The notes beneath the pieces were generated by a model. That model worked only from the letters and a program-made list of their open reading frames with translations, searched no databases and was not told where the DNA came from. From positions 3,329 to 67,328 of the IMG/VR virus record IMGVR_UViG_3300032246_000393: a stretch of DNA of 64,000 nt; one strand, given 5' to 3'. Within the stretch, counting starts at the first letter, position 1, and every line of letters starts with the position of its first letter. A program made the translations under genes and the position numbers. Positions 17,571 through 26,133 of the stretch are shown one piece after another. This DNA is from a virus.

Positions 17571-19387
17571 AAATAATCACAATAGATTTTGAGACGTACT
17601 ACGACAAGGACTTCAGCCTAAGCAAGCTGACTACTGAGGAATACGTACGTGATGAGAAGTTTGAAGTTATCGGCGTAGGAGTTAAAGATGGTGACAATGA
17701 ATCGGTCTGGTGTAGCGGCACGAACGAAGAGATCAAGGCTTTCTTGGATTCTTATGAGCTTCAAGAACATCTTGTTCTCGCCCATAACGTTATCTTTGAT
17801 GCTGCTATTCTTACTTGGCACTTTGGTATTAGCCCTCGCGGGTGGCTTGACACGCTTAGCATGGCACGTGCTATCCATACTACCGAAGTGGGAGGTTCCC
17901 TTGCGGCCTTGGCACAGTACTACGGAGTCGGGGAGAAAGGAACCGAAGTTGTTGCCGCTCTCGGAAAGCGTCGAGCCGACTTCACCAAGCAAGAGTTAGC
18001 AGACTACGGTGGCTATTGCTGTAACGACTGCGACCTTACGTATGACATTTTCCAACTTATGTCCAACCAGTTCCCTAAGAAGGAACTTAGGTTAATTGAT
18101 CTGACGATCAGGATGTTTTCGGAGCCGGTGCTGCGTTTAAACGTGCAGGCTTTGCGTGGGCATTTAGTTTCCGTACAGACAAAGAAAACTAATTTGATGT
18201 TGAAAGTTCACATCGAGCGCGATCAGTTGATGAGCAATGAAAAACTAGCAACGACCCTAACAATGTTAGGTGTGGTTCCCCCTCGTAAGGTTAGCCCAAC
18301 TACAGGTAAAGAGACGTGGGCATTTGCTAAGAACGATGAAGAGTTTAAGGCTTTGCTTGAGCACCACGACCCTGACGTTCAAGCTCTGGTCGCGGCCCGA
18401 CTCGGAGTTAAGTCTACGTTAGAAGAGACTAGGACTGAGCGGTTCATCAGTATTGGGCAGCGGGGGGCTTTGCCAGTGCCACTACGTTACTACGCTGCAC
18501 ACACAGGACGTTGGGGTGGCGACGATAAACTGAACTTACAAAACTTACCACGAGCATCTCCGTTGAAGTACTGCATCGTAGCACCAGCAGGTTACATGCT
18601 TGTGGATTCTGACTCATCCCAAATCGAAGCACGTACGCTAGCTTGGCTTGCAGGGCAGAATGATCTGGTATCAGCCTTTGAAAGGGGTGAAGATGTTTAC
18701 AAAATTATGGCCTCAGCCATCTATGGCAAACCAGAAGCGTCGATTACGAAGGACGAGAGGTTCGTTGGTAAGACAACGATTCTGGGCGCAGGGTACGGCA
18801 TGGGCGCGGCCAAGTTTCAAGCGCAACTTAAAACATTTGGCGTGCAAACTCCGTTGGATGAGTGCAAACGCATTATTGAGGTCTACCGCAGGACTTACCC
18901 GCGTATCCCCGAACTTTGGAAAGAAGCTGCAAAGAGTCTTGAAGCTGTGGAGCGTAACGCGTCGACTACGCTAGGCCGAGACGGAATACTGAAAGTTGAA
19001 GGAGCAAAGGGCATCAGGCTTCCGAACGGCTTGTATATTAAATACCCTAACCTGCGTACACAGAATGTTGATGGCAAAGCCGAGATGGTCTACGACGTGA
19101 AGAAAGGTAGAGCACTTATACCCAACCGCATCTATGGCGGTAAGGTTGTGGAGAATGTATGCCAAGCATTAGCGCGAATCATAATTGGTGAGCAGATGCT
19201 AGTAGTAGCGAAGAAGTATAAGGTTGCGATGACGGTGCACGATGCTATCTGTTGCGTGATTCCTGAAGCTGAAGCGCAAACAGGTAAAGAGTTCGTTGAG
19301 ATGTGTATGCGTATTCGACCCGATTGGTGTTTAGAACTCCCATTAAATTGTGAAGCCGGTGTTTCTGATACGTACGGAGGTTGTTGA
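17567..19387 (+). CDS. polA: family A DNA polymerase with 3'-5' exonuclease
   Basis: Exo DFET, HN..FD; HTGRW, NLQNLP; motif A DSSQIEAR; motif B K...LG..YG; motif C VHD. Confidence 0.93.
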   Translation: MKIITIDFETYYDKDFSLSKLTTEEYVRDEKFEVIGVGVKDGDNESVWCSGTNEEIKAFLDSYELQEHLVLAHNVIFDAAILTWHFGISPRGWLDTLSMARAIHTTEVGGSLAALAQYYGVGEKGTEVVAALGKRRADFTKQELADYGGYCCNDCDLTYDIFQLMSNQFPKKELRLIDLTIRMFSEPVLRLNVQALRGHLVSVQTKKTNLMLKVHIERDQLMSNEKLATTLTMLGVVPPRKVSPTTGKETWAFAKNDEEFKALLEHHDPDVQALVAARLGVKSTLEETRTERFISIGQRGALPVPLRYYAAHTGRWGGDDKLNLQNLPRASPLKYCIVAPAGYMLVDSDSSQIEARTLAWLAGQNDLVSAFERGEDVYKIMASAIYGKPEASITKDERFVGKTTILGAGYGMGAAKFQAQLKTFGVQTPLDECKRIIEVYRRTYPRIPELWKEAAKSLEAVERNASTTLGRDGILKVEGAKGIRLPNGLYIKYPNLRTQNVDGKAEMVYDVKKGRALIPNRIYGGKVVENVCQALARIIIGEQMLVVAKKYKVAMTVHDAICCVIPEAEAQTGKEFVEMCMRIRPDWCLELPLNCEAGVSDTYGGC

Positions 19388-19590
19388 TGATTGTTGAAAC
19401 GATTGACTATAGAAAAGTATTTGCTTGGATTAACAACGTATGGGCAAAGTCATTAGCTGCGGTGCTGATGTTTTGGATTGGTATATGGCTAGGCCAAGTT
19501 CAAGTTGAAGGCAGGGTGATTGGTGACTGCAAGTACGCAGGAGCTTTTCGTGTAGCGCATGAAGCGTTCGTATGTCAGAGAAGAATGTGA
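19381..19590 (+). CDS. small membrane protein
   Basis: One TM helix and a Cys pair. Confidence 0.6.
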   Translation: MLMIVETIDYRKVFAWINNVWAKSLAAVLMFWIGIWLGQVQVEGRVIGDCKYAGAFRVAHEAFVCQRRM

Positions 19591-19793
19591 TTAAGGCGTA
19601 CTACAAGAAGCTGTACTACGTTAGGTGCAGGTGGATAGATTTCCCTGATGGTGGTGGAAGGAATTACATAGCAACGCCATCACTAGCTAGAGCTATCCGC
19701 ATGAATAAAAAACTTAAACGCGGCGTGCGGCAGATTGATGTACGAGAACGTGGGAATAGAAACCCCTACGTATTACATAACAGTTGGTTATAG
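19572..19793 (+). CDS. hypothetical basic protein
   Basis: In-operon ORF. Confidence 0.55.
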   Translation: MSEKNVIKAYYKKLYYVRCRWIDFPDGGGRNYIATPSLARAIRMNKKLKRGVRQIDVRERGNRNPYVLHNSWL

Positions 19794-19804
19794 GAGAAGA
19801 ACAC

Positions 19805-20122
19805 ATGACCGACCGCGAACTATTATTAGATGCTTGTTATGCGTATGAGGCTTTAGCCGGTCTTGGTGGGATGTCAGATAGGCATAGAGAAGCATACAAA
19901 AAACTCCGCGCCAAACTAAGCGAACCTGAACGCAAATGGGTAGGGCTGACGGAAAAAGAAACGATTGATCTTGCGCTTAATGCTTTTGCTCTTCCTGAAG
20001 TATCTCTTGAACAACGGTTACATTTACAGTTTGAACTAGTCAAAGCTATGAACGAACCAGACAGCCGTTTGATGATTTTTGCCGCGACTATAGAAGATAA
20101 GCTAAAGGAGAAAAATGCATGA
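19805..20122 (+). CDS. hypothetical protein
   Basis: RBS AGGAG; KWVGLT..E and IE.KLKEKN motifs common in phage small proteins. Confidence 0.7.
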   Translation: MTDRELLLDACYAYEALAGLGGMSDRHREAYKKLRAKLSEPERKWVGLTEKETIDLALNAFALPEVSLEQRLHLQFELVKAMNEPDSRLMIFAATIEDKLKEKNA

Positions 20123-20907
20123 AACCGTACGCCCTTTTGCTTTCGTTACTTATACCGCTAGCCCATGCCGAGTGGGTAAAGGTCGAGGGGCTTGAGCATT
20201 TTGGGCCTGAAACTGCGGAGAAAGCAGCGTGTCGTGCAGCAGAGAACAAAGCTATCAACACCGCAGTGCAGAAAGTATCTGGAGAGGCGGTAGCTACATC
20301 GCAGTATTTAGTATGTAACGATTCACGTGCGGACGTATGCCAATTACTTATGTCCTCGATGACACATACTGAAGGTGTTGTAGCAGGGCTAAAGAAAATA
20401 AAAGAAGAAGTTGTATCACGTACTTGTTATGTTGCTTTGGAAGTGGATGTTGTTAAGGATGATGGTGATACAGACGTTTCTTTTGACCCAGAGATAAGAA
20501 TGTCTCAGTCACGCTTAAGAGATGGTGAGCGTTTTAAAGTACTAATCAAACCAAACAAACCTTTCTACTTAAACATATTTATATTCTCACCGTACGCAAG
20601 TGAGCATAAGCAGTTGATGCAGCTTTTTCCAAGCGATATAGAAGAGAGCAGAGTCTTTGATATAGATATGGAGTTTCCTACTACGTCAGTCTATACAGCT
20701 AATATCCCAAAAGGATTGCGTGTTGAAATAGCCGACGCGGTTTTAATAGCAGTGGCAACAAAGAAAGAAGTGATACTAAGAAAAAACTTTTCACTCGCCG
20801 AGTTCAATAGGCGTATGCGAGAAATACCAAAGAAAGAACGCCGGATTATACGTATTCCCTTTTCTATATGGGCTTTGCGTCCGGAATACACAATGAAGGG
20901 GGAATGA
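20119..20907 (+). CDS. secreted protein, FlgT-N/LPP20-like N-domain plus DUF4384-like C-domain
   Basis: Signal peptide MKPYALLLSLLIPLAHA-E; AC..AE.KA...A; L..GE.F.......KP.YL.IF, LFP. Confidence 0.6.
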   Translation: MKPYALLLSLLIPLAHAEWVKVEGLEHFGPETAEKAACRAAENKAINTAVQKVSGEAVATSQYLVCNDSRADVCQLLMSSMTHTEGVVAGLKKIKEEVVSRTCYVALEVDVVKDDGDTDVSFDPEIRMSQSRLRDGERFKVLIKPNKPFYLNIFIFSPYASEHKQLMQLFPSDIEESRVFDIDMEFPTTSVYTANIPKGLRVEIADAVLIAVATKKEVILRKNFSLAEFNRRMREIPKKERRIIRIPFSIWALRPEYTMKGE

Positions 20908-21503
20908 TGAATAGCACTATGTGGATTATAGAAATTTTAAAAGTTGTCGGATGCTTTGTATTGTTTGGGTGCAATAGTCCCAAGCCGGGATCATACGAAG
21001 CAATGAAGGAAGAAAGGCTTGAGGTTAAGAAGGAAATGGTAAAGACGTTAGAAGCCGCGCCTTCTTGGTACACCAAGCCCCCAAAAGATACGGACATTCT
21101 GTATGAGAAAGCGTCTGCTAAGTCTGGCGATATGCAGATGGCGATTAACAAAGCCACTACGCTAGCACGTGCACAACTTGCGTTGTCTATTCAAAACGAA
21201 ATAAACGCAACGATGAAGTTGTACGCAGACGACAACGGACAAGAAGCAGCAGTTATTACATCGCAGGATGCCATACTTGCAAACCTGACAGGGGTGCAGG
21301 AAGAGGATACTAAGATAGTTGTAGAGGGTGATAAGTACGTAGCTTACGTGCTAATCCGTTACCCCATAGGTGAGTTTAATAAGCTACTAACGCAGAAGCT
21401 CAACACAAACGCTAACGTGAAGACCAAGCTACGCGCAAAGAAAGCGTTTGATGATTTGGAAAAAAAGATTGAAGAAGCTAGGCTACGAAAGGAACAAGAA
21501 TGA
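20904..21503 (+). CDS. LPP20-like lipoprotein
   Basis: Lipobox LFGC; PSWY, A..KA...ARAQLA. Confidence 0.65.
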   Translation: MMNSTMWIIEILKVVGCFVLFGCNSPKPGSYEAMKEERLEVKKEMVKTLEAAPSWYTKPPKDTDILYEKASAKSGDMQMAINKATTLARAQLALSIQNEINATMKLYADDNGQEAAVITSQDAILANLTGVQEEDTKIVVEGDKYVAYVLIRYPIGEFNKLLTQKLNTNANVKTKLRAKKAFDDLEKKIEEARLRKEQE

Positions 21504-22162
21504 GTATCGTATGGTCGTTTAGTAGCCTTAAGACTTTCCAACAGTGCCCACGCAAGTACTACCATGCGAAGGTTGCTAAAGATATAAAAGAGCAGGACAG
21601 CAAAGCAACGCTATACGGTAAACAGATGCACTTGATTGCCGAGGAGTACATCAGAGATGGTACGCCTATACCCCCTGCGTTTGATTACCTTAAGCCTACG
21701 TTAGATATGTTAGCTGCAATCCCCGGGGAGAAGTTGTGTGAGGTAAAGCTCGGCCTGACCCGCGACCTGAAAGCCTGCGACTTTGATGCCCCTGATGTGT
21801 GGTGGCATGGCATTGCCGATTTGGTAATACTTAATGAAGAAAAGGGGCTTGCACATTCGGTTGACTACAAGACCAGTAAGAGTGCACGATATGCGGATAC
21901 TAAGCAATTGGACTTGGTGGCAGCAGGTATTTTTGCTAAGTATCCGAAGATCAAACGAATCAAGTCAGCGTTGGTGTTTGTGGTTAGTAAAGAGTTTGTG
22001 AAAACCGACCACGACAAAGAAAAAGAGTCGCGGTACATAGCGCAAGTAGTACCCGACATTAAACGTATCGAGATAGCACTACAAAATAATGTATGGAACC
22101 CAGTAAGTGGGCCACTATGCAAATTCTGTGCCGTAACCCAGTGTGAATATAACAGGAGCTAA
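21500..22162 (+). CDS. Cas4/AddB-like PD-(D/E)XK exonuclease
   Basis: WSFSSL..F.QCP, GIAD, DYKT, QL, C-terminal CxxC....C. Confidence 0.88.
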   Translation: MSIVWSFSSLKTFQQCPRKYYHAKVAKDIKEQDSKATLYGKQMHLIAEEYIRDGTPIPPAFDYLKPTLDMLAAIPGEKLCEVKLGLTRDLKACDFDAPDVWWHGIADLVILNEEKGLAHSVDYKTSKSARYADTKQLDLVAAGIFAKYPKIKRIKSALVFVVSKEFVKTDHDKEKESRYIAQVVPDIKRIEIALQNNVWNPVSGPLCKFCAVTQCEYNRS

Positions 22163-22163
22163 C

Positions 22164-22364
22164 ATGGATGAAAAAGAAGCGGCGGCATATATAAAGCTGC
22201 AAGAAAACGTGCAAGAGTTAATAGTCAGTTCCGTATACGGAGAGCTTTTAGCAAACCCGCACGGGATGCTAGCAAACCACATAAAAATGCTTTTACAGCA
22301 AACAATAAAAGACGAGATGAAGCAGTACCGCGTAGTCCGCATGGGACAGACAGCCACATACTAA
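22164..22364 (+). CDS. hypothetical protein
   Basis: RBS AGGAGCTAAC-ATG. Confidence 0.7.
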   Translation: MDEKEAAAYIKLQENVQELIVSSVYGELLANPHGMLANHIKMLLQQTIKDEMKQYRVVRMGQTATY

Positions 22365-22374
22365 GGAGCTAACT

Positions 22375-22716
22375 ATGGAAAACCATCAAATTGATTCAGC
22401 ACTTTTACTTGAGAATGAACTTAAGCGTCGCGTTAAAGAAATTGTTACTGCTCAAATTGAAGAGGCTTTAGTTAAACACGTTGGCGGAATTATTCGCCAA
22501 GAGAAAGAATCTTTAATTTTTGAAATAGCTACAGGGGTAGGTAAGATAATTAGGTTAGCCGAGGAAGAAGGTCGCAAACCATTGTGGCAAACTACACCCG
22601 AAGAATTTGGTATGACAAAAGAAGAACTTAACCGATCACACATGAGTCGTAATGTTGAAATTCCAGACTTGGAGTTAAAAAAGGAGATTGATGATGCCGT
22701 ACGTAAACAAACCTAG
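22375..22716 (+). CDS. hypothetical protein
   Basis: RBS AAGGAGCTAAC. Confidence 0.7.
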   Translation: MENHQIDSALLLENELKRRVKEIVTAQIEEALVKHVGGIIRQEKESLIFEIATGVGKIIRLAEEEGRKPLWQTTPEEFGMTKEELNRSHMSRNVEIPDLELKKEIDDAVRKQT

Positions 22717-23008
22717 ACCATACAAGAAAGAATATCAACAGCAATTATCCCGAGGCGAAGCCGACGAGCGCAAAGAACGTGAACGTGCCCGAGCACTAAT
22801 TGACAAGAAGGGCAAAGACGCAAACGGTAACGGCAAAGCCGATGCACGTGAAGGTAAAGACGTTGCACACGTGAGAGCATTGTCAAAGGGTGGATCAAAC
22901 AAAGATGGGTTGCGTGTGGAGTCAGCCTCCGCTAACCGTTCGTACCATCGTGGATCAAACCATAAAGTTGTATCCGAGACGAGTACAAGAGAACGAAAGA
23001 AAAAATGA
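22688..23008 (+). CDS. HNH-like endonuclease
   Basis: KDVAH...LSKGG.N...LR......NRS. Confidence 0.7.
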   Translation: MMMPYVNKPRPYKKEYQQQLSRGEADERKERERARALIDKKGKDANGNGKADAREGKDVAHVRALSKGGSNKDGLRVESASANRSYHRGSNHKVVSETSTRERKKK

Positions 23009-24390
23009 TTCTACAAGACTACGACTGGCCGAGGCCGTTTGGTTTTACTCCATTTGACCATCAGAAACAGACTGCTGAGTTCTTGATAAATAACCGCAAG
23101 TCGTTTTGCTTTAACGAGCAGGGCACAGGTAAGACCGCATCTGTTATATGGGCGGTGGATTACTTGATGACCAAGGGTATCGTGAATCGAGTCTTAATAG
23201 TCTGCCCTCTCTCCGTGATGCGTTCGGCTTGGCAAGAAGATTTGTTTAAGTTTGCTGTTCACCGTACGGTAGCAGTGGCACATGGTTCAGCCGAGAAACG
23301 TAAAGAAATTATCAAGGGTGGTGCTGAGTTCGTCATCATTAACTTTGATGGAGTAAAGATTGTTAAAGATCATTTAGTAGCAGCTAAGTTTGATCTTGTC
23401 GTAGTCGATGAAGCTTCAGCGTATAAGAACGCTATGACGGATCGTTGGAAAGCATTGCGTGACATAAACAAAACTGCCAAAGGGTTGTGGATGCTAACGG
23501 GTACTCCCGCTGCGCAGTCACCGGTAGATGCGTATGGCTTAGCTAAGTTAGTCAACCCTACTGGCGTGCCTATGTTCTTTGGGCAGTACCGCGATATGGT
23601 GATGACAAAGATCAGTGAGTACACATGGATACCTAAGCCGACAGCTAAGGAAACAGTACACCGTGTACTGCAACCCGCGATTCGATTTGAGAAAGCTCAG
23701 TGTCTTGACCTACCTCCGGTTACGCACATAGATCGAGATGCACCGATGACGCCGCAGCAGTTTAAGTATTATTTCACCATGAAGAAGCAGATGATTATTG
23801 AAGCTGCTGGTGAGGAGATTAGTTCTGTCAACGCTGCTGCCAAATTAAATAAGCTTTTGCAGATTGCTGGTGGCGCAGTATATACGGACAGTAAAGAAGT
23901 TATTGAATTTGATGTCAGCAACCGATTAAAAGTAGTGCATGAAGTTATTGAAGAAGCGAGCCAAAAAGTATTGGTGTTTGTGCCGTTCACGCACACGCTT
24001 GAGTTATTGAAAAAGTATTTAGAAAGCAAAAGCATTAGCTGCGAAATTATTAATGGTTCGGTATCCGCCAACCGCCGAGCAGAGCTAATCAAAGAATTCC
24101 AGAGTAAACCAGACCCTCACGTACTGTTGATTCAACCACAAGCTGCATCGCATGGACTAACACTTACTGCAGCCGACACAATCATCTGGTATGCACCGAC
24201 TACAAGCGTAGAGACATACTTGCAAGCTAACGCACGTATTGATCGCCCTGGACAGAAACACAACATGACTATTGTGCACATCATTGGTAGCCCAGTAGAG
24301 GCTAAGGTGTACAAACTGTTGCGTAGCAACATCGACAACCACGAAAAAATAATTGACCTATATCGTCAAGAACTTGAAAACAACTCTTGA
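23005..24390 (+). CDS. SNF2-family (SF2) helicase
   Basis: EQGTGKT, VVDEAS, LTGTP, HGLTLT, QA.ARIDRPGQ. Confidence 0.92.
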   Translation: MILQDYDWPRPFGFTPFDHQKQTAEFLINNRKSFCFNEQGTGKTASVIWAVDYLMTKGIVNRVLIVCPLSVMRSAWQEDLFKFAVHRTVAVAHGSAEKRKEIIKGGAEFVIINFDGVKIVKDHLVAAKFDLVVVDEASAYKNAMTDRWKALRDINKTAKGLWMLTGTPAAQSPVDAYGLAKLVNPTGVPMFFGQYRDMVMTKISEYTWIPKPTAKETVHRVLQPAIRFEKAQCLDLPPVTHIDRDAPMTPQQFKYYFTMKKQMIIEAAGEEISSVNAAAKLNKLLQIAGGAVYTDSKEVIEFDVSNRLKVVHEVIEEASQKVLVFVPFTHTLELLKKYLESKSISCEIINGSVSANRRAELIKEFQSKPDPHVLLIQPQAASHGLTLTAADTIIWYAPTTSVETYLQANARIDRPGQKHNMTIVHIIGSPVEAKVYKLLRSNIDNHEKIIDLYRQELENNS

Positions 24391-24414
24391 CATTGTAAAG
24401 TCTTGTGTTATATT
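24387..24414 (+). promoter_or_regulatory. promoter of SSB/primase operon
   Basis: TTGACA-N16-TATATT; spacer 12/16 identical to the 16481 promoter. Confidence 0.7.
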
Positions 24415-24422
24415 CGTTGTTC

Positions 24423-24497
24423 GCCCCAGCTACAGGTGGGCTAAAACAGTAGCAGCGGGGGCTAGGTCTTTCCTTCAAAGTTTACTTAGTGACCCCG
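24423..24497 (+). ncRNA. structured 5' leader (H-type pseudoknot plus hairpin)
   Basis: GCCC/GGGC and GCTAC/GTAGC interleaved stems; CGGGG-GCTAGGT / ACTTAGT-GA-CCCCG hairpin. Confidence 0.5.
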
Positions 24498-24521
24498 TAC
24501 TTTTAATTAGAGGAGAATGAA

Positions 24522-24941
24522 ATGGACGAAGTGTTAGAAGCCCCCACGGAAGTAATCCCCCTTGATACGTTGACTAAAGTCTACATAAAGATTCGGGATA
24601 AACGTGCGCAGATGAAACGTGAATTTGAAGATAAAGATTCAACATTAGAAGAACAAATGAAACAGATAGAAGCAGAGATGCTTGAAGTCTGTAAGCAAAA
24701 TAGTGCGAGTAGCATACGTACAGAACATGGCACGATCATTCGTCAAACCAAGTTACGCTATTGGACTAATGATTGGGATTCAATGTATACGTTCATAAAA
24801 GAGAACGCTGCATTTGGCCTGTTGGAGAAGAGACTTCATCAAACACACATGAAGGAGTTTCTTACCGAGAATCCAGATAAGTTCCCTATGGGGCTTAATG
24901 TGGAAAGTGAATATACCGTGGTTGTTAGACGTTCTTCGTGA
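24522..24941 (+). CDS. conserved replication-module protein (coiled coil)
   Basis: YIKIRD, SIRT..GT, DWD..Y.FI, LLEKR; typically upstream of SSB. Confidence 0.75.
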   Translation: MDEVLEAPTEVIPLDTLTKVYIKIRDKRAQMKREFEDKDSTLEEQMKQIEAEMLEVCKQNSASSIRTEHGTIIRQTKLRYWTNDWDSMYTFIKENAAFGLLEKRLHQTHMKEFLTENPDKFPMGLNVESEYTVVVRRSS

Positions 24942-24948
24942 GGATAAT

Positions 24949-25833
24949 ATGAGTAACCTAGCTTTAGTATCACAAGATTTACCTGACTTCCTGCAAGCTG
25001 CAGGTATCAGCGAATTAACCAAGACCCTAGTCGGCAAGACGGGCGTAAAACGTATCGTTCCTAAAAACGGTATCTTCCGCAAGCTTGTTGGCGGCGAAGA
25101 GATGGGTAAAACTAGCGGCCCTTTAAAGGCTGTGATTATCAACGCATCTCCAGCCGTAGGCCGTATTTTCTACGCAAAGGCTTGGTCTCCTGATTCTGAA
25201 CCTGCTGCACCGGACTGCTTCTCTAACGATGGCCGTACACCTGATAAAGGTGCGCAGTCTCCTGTTGCAGATCGTTGCGATAGCTGCCCGAACAACATCA
25301 AAGGTTCAGGTCAAGGTAGTTCAAAAGCTTGTCGCTATTCTCGCCGACTAGCACTTATGTTGTTGGATGATTTTGGTACTCCGCTAGAAGGCGAAGTCTA
25401 TCAAATGAACTTAGCATCTAAGACTTTGTTTGGTGAAAACGTAGGCGACAAGTATACGTTTGAGAACTACGCGAAGTACCTTGCTAACAACGGCAAGAGC
25501 GTAGATTGGTTCGTAACCGAACTTAGCTTTAACACAGACAACGACAATCAGTCAGTTCTGTTTGAAGCTGTAGGTCACATCAACAAAGCTATATACGAAG
25601 TAACTCAGCCAGCATCGCAGCGTGATGACGTTAAGAAGATGGTTGTTATGACTCCGTATCAAGCCGACGCTAGTGGCCGTGCACTCCCTGCTCCTACTAA
25701 AGAAGACAAGGAAGAGTTTGAAAGTGCTCCGGTTGTTGAGCCTAAGAAGCGTGAAAGTAAGAAAGCTGCTGAAGCACCTGCGGTTAAGCAGAGTCTTGAT
25801 TCTGTAGTTAAAGCATGGAGTGATGAGGACTAG
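24949..25833 (+). CDS. putative single-stranded DNA-binding protein (Zn-binding)
   Basis: P.C.S.DG..P, CDSCP.N..GSG, KACRY.RRL; acidic WSDED C-terminus; position in replication module. Confidence 0.6.
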   Translation: MSNLALVSQDLPDFLQAAGISELTKTLVGKTGVKRIVPKNGIFRKLVGGEEMGKTSGPLKAVIINASPAVGRIFYAKAWSPDSEPAAPDCFSNDGRTPDKGAQSPVADRCDSCPNNIKGSGQGSSKACRYSRRLALMLLDDFGTPLEGEVYQMNLASKTLFGENVGDKYTFENYAKYLANNGKSVDWFVTELSFNTDNDNQSVLFEAVGHINKAIYEVTQPASQRDDVKKMVVMTPYQADASGRALPAPTKEDKEEFESAPVVEPKKRESKKAAEAPAVKQSLDSVVKAWSDED

Positions 25834-25834
25834 T

Positions 25835-26074
25835 ATGAGTTATGGGTACAGTCAGCGCCTTATAGAAGCTATACATTCTGCAGACCCTAAGTTGCTGAGT
25901 GTCACCCTTGGACGACTCTGTTTAAAATTAGACATCCCAGTCAATGATGTTGCACAAGACTTGGGGGTAAGCCGTGCTACGGTTTACAACTGGTTTTGGG
26001 GAATCTCAAAGCCAGACCCCAAGAGAAGTGTTCGCATTTCCGAATACATCTATAAGTTAAAAAATAGTAAGTAA
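25835..26074 (+). CDS. Cro/CI-type HTH protein
   Basis: DVAQDLGVSRATVYNWF.G...P. Confidence 0.8.
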   Translation: MSYGYSQRLIEAIHSADPKLLSVTLGRLCLKLDIPVNDVAQDLGVSRATVYNWFWGISKPDPKRSVRISEYIYKLKNSK

Positions 26075-26133
26075 AAATTACAAGCGTTGGGGAGTTTGCT
26101 CCCCTTCTTAGGCCCTCTTTCCCCTAAAATTCT

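Larger units (their letters stand above)
5879..18270. repeat. dispersed 13-15 bp palindrome (C/G)CTAACAWTGTTAG(G), 17 copies
   Basis: 15-mers starting at 5879, 5989, 6621, 6703, 7208, 7453, 7860 (1 core mismatch), 8464, 9039, 9681, 10420, 10815, 11994, 12573, 13442, 16417, 18256; none seen elsewhere by eye. Confidence 0.95.

Noticed and set aside
24421-24500. tRNA gene
   Set aside because: No cloverleaf or TTC loop; better explained as pseudoknot plus hairpin
25835-26074. CI repressor / lysogeny switch
   Set aside because: Short HTH in line within the replication operon, no peptidase domain, no divergent promoter pair, no integrase in the window
26087-26106. Hairpin GGGGAG-TTTG-CTCCCC as a terminator
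   Set aside because: Lacks a good U-tract; may be a leader structure for the primase gene but evidence is thin
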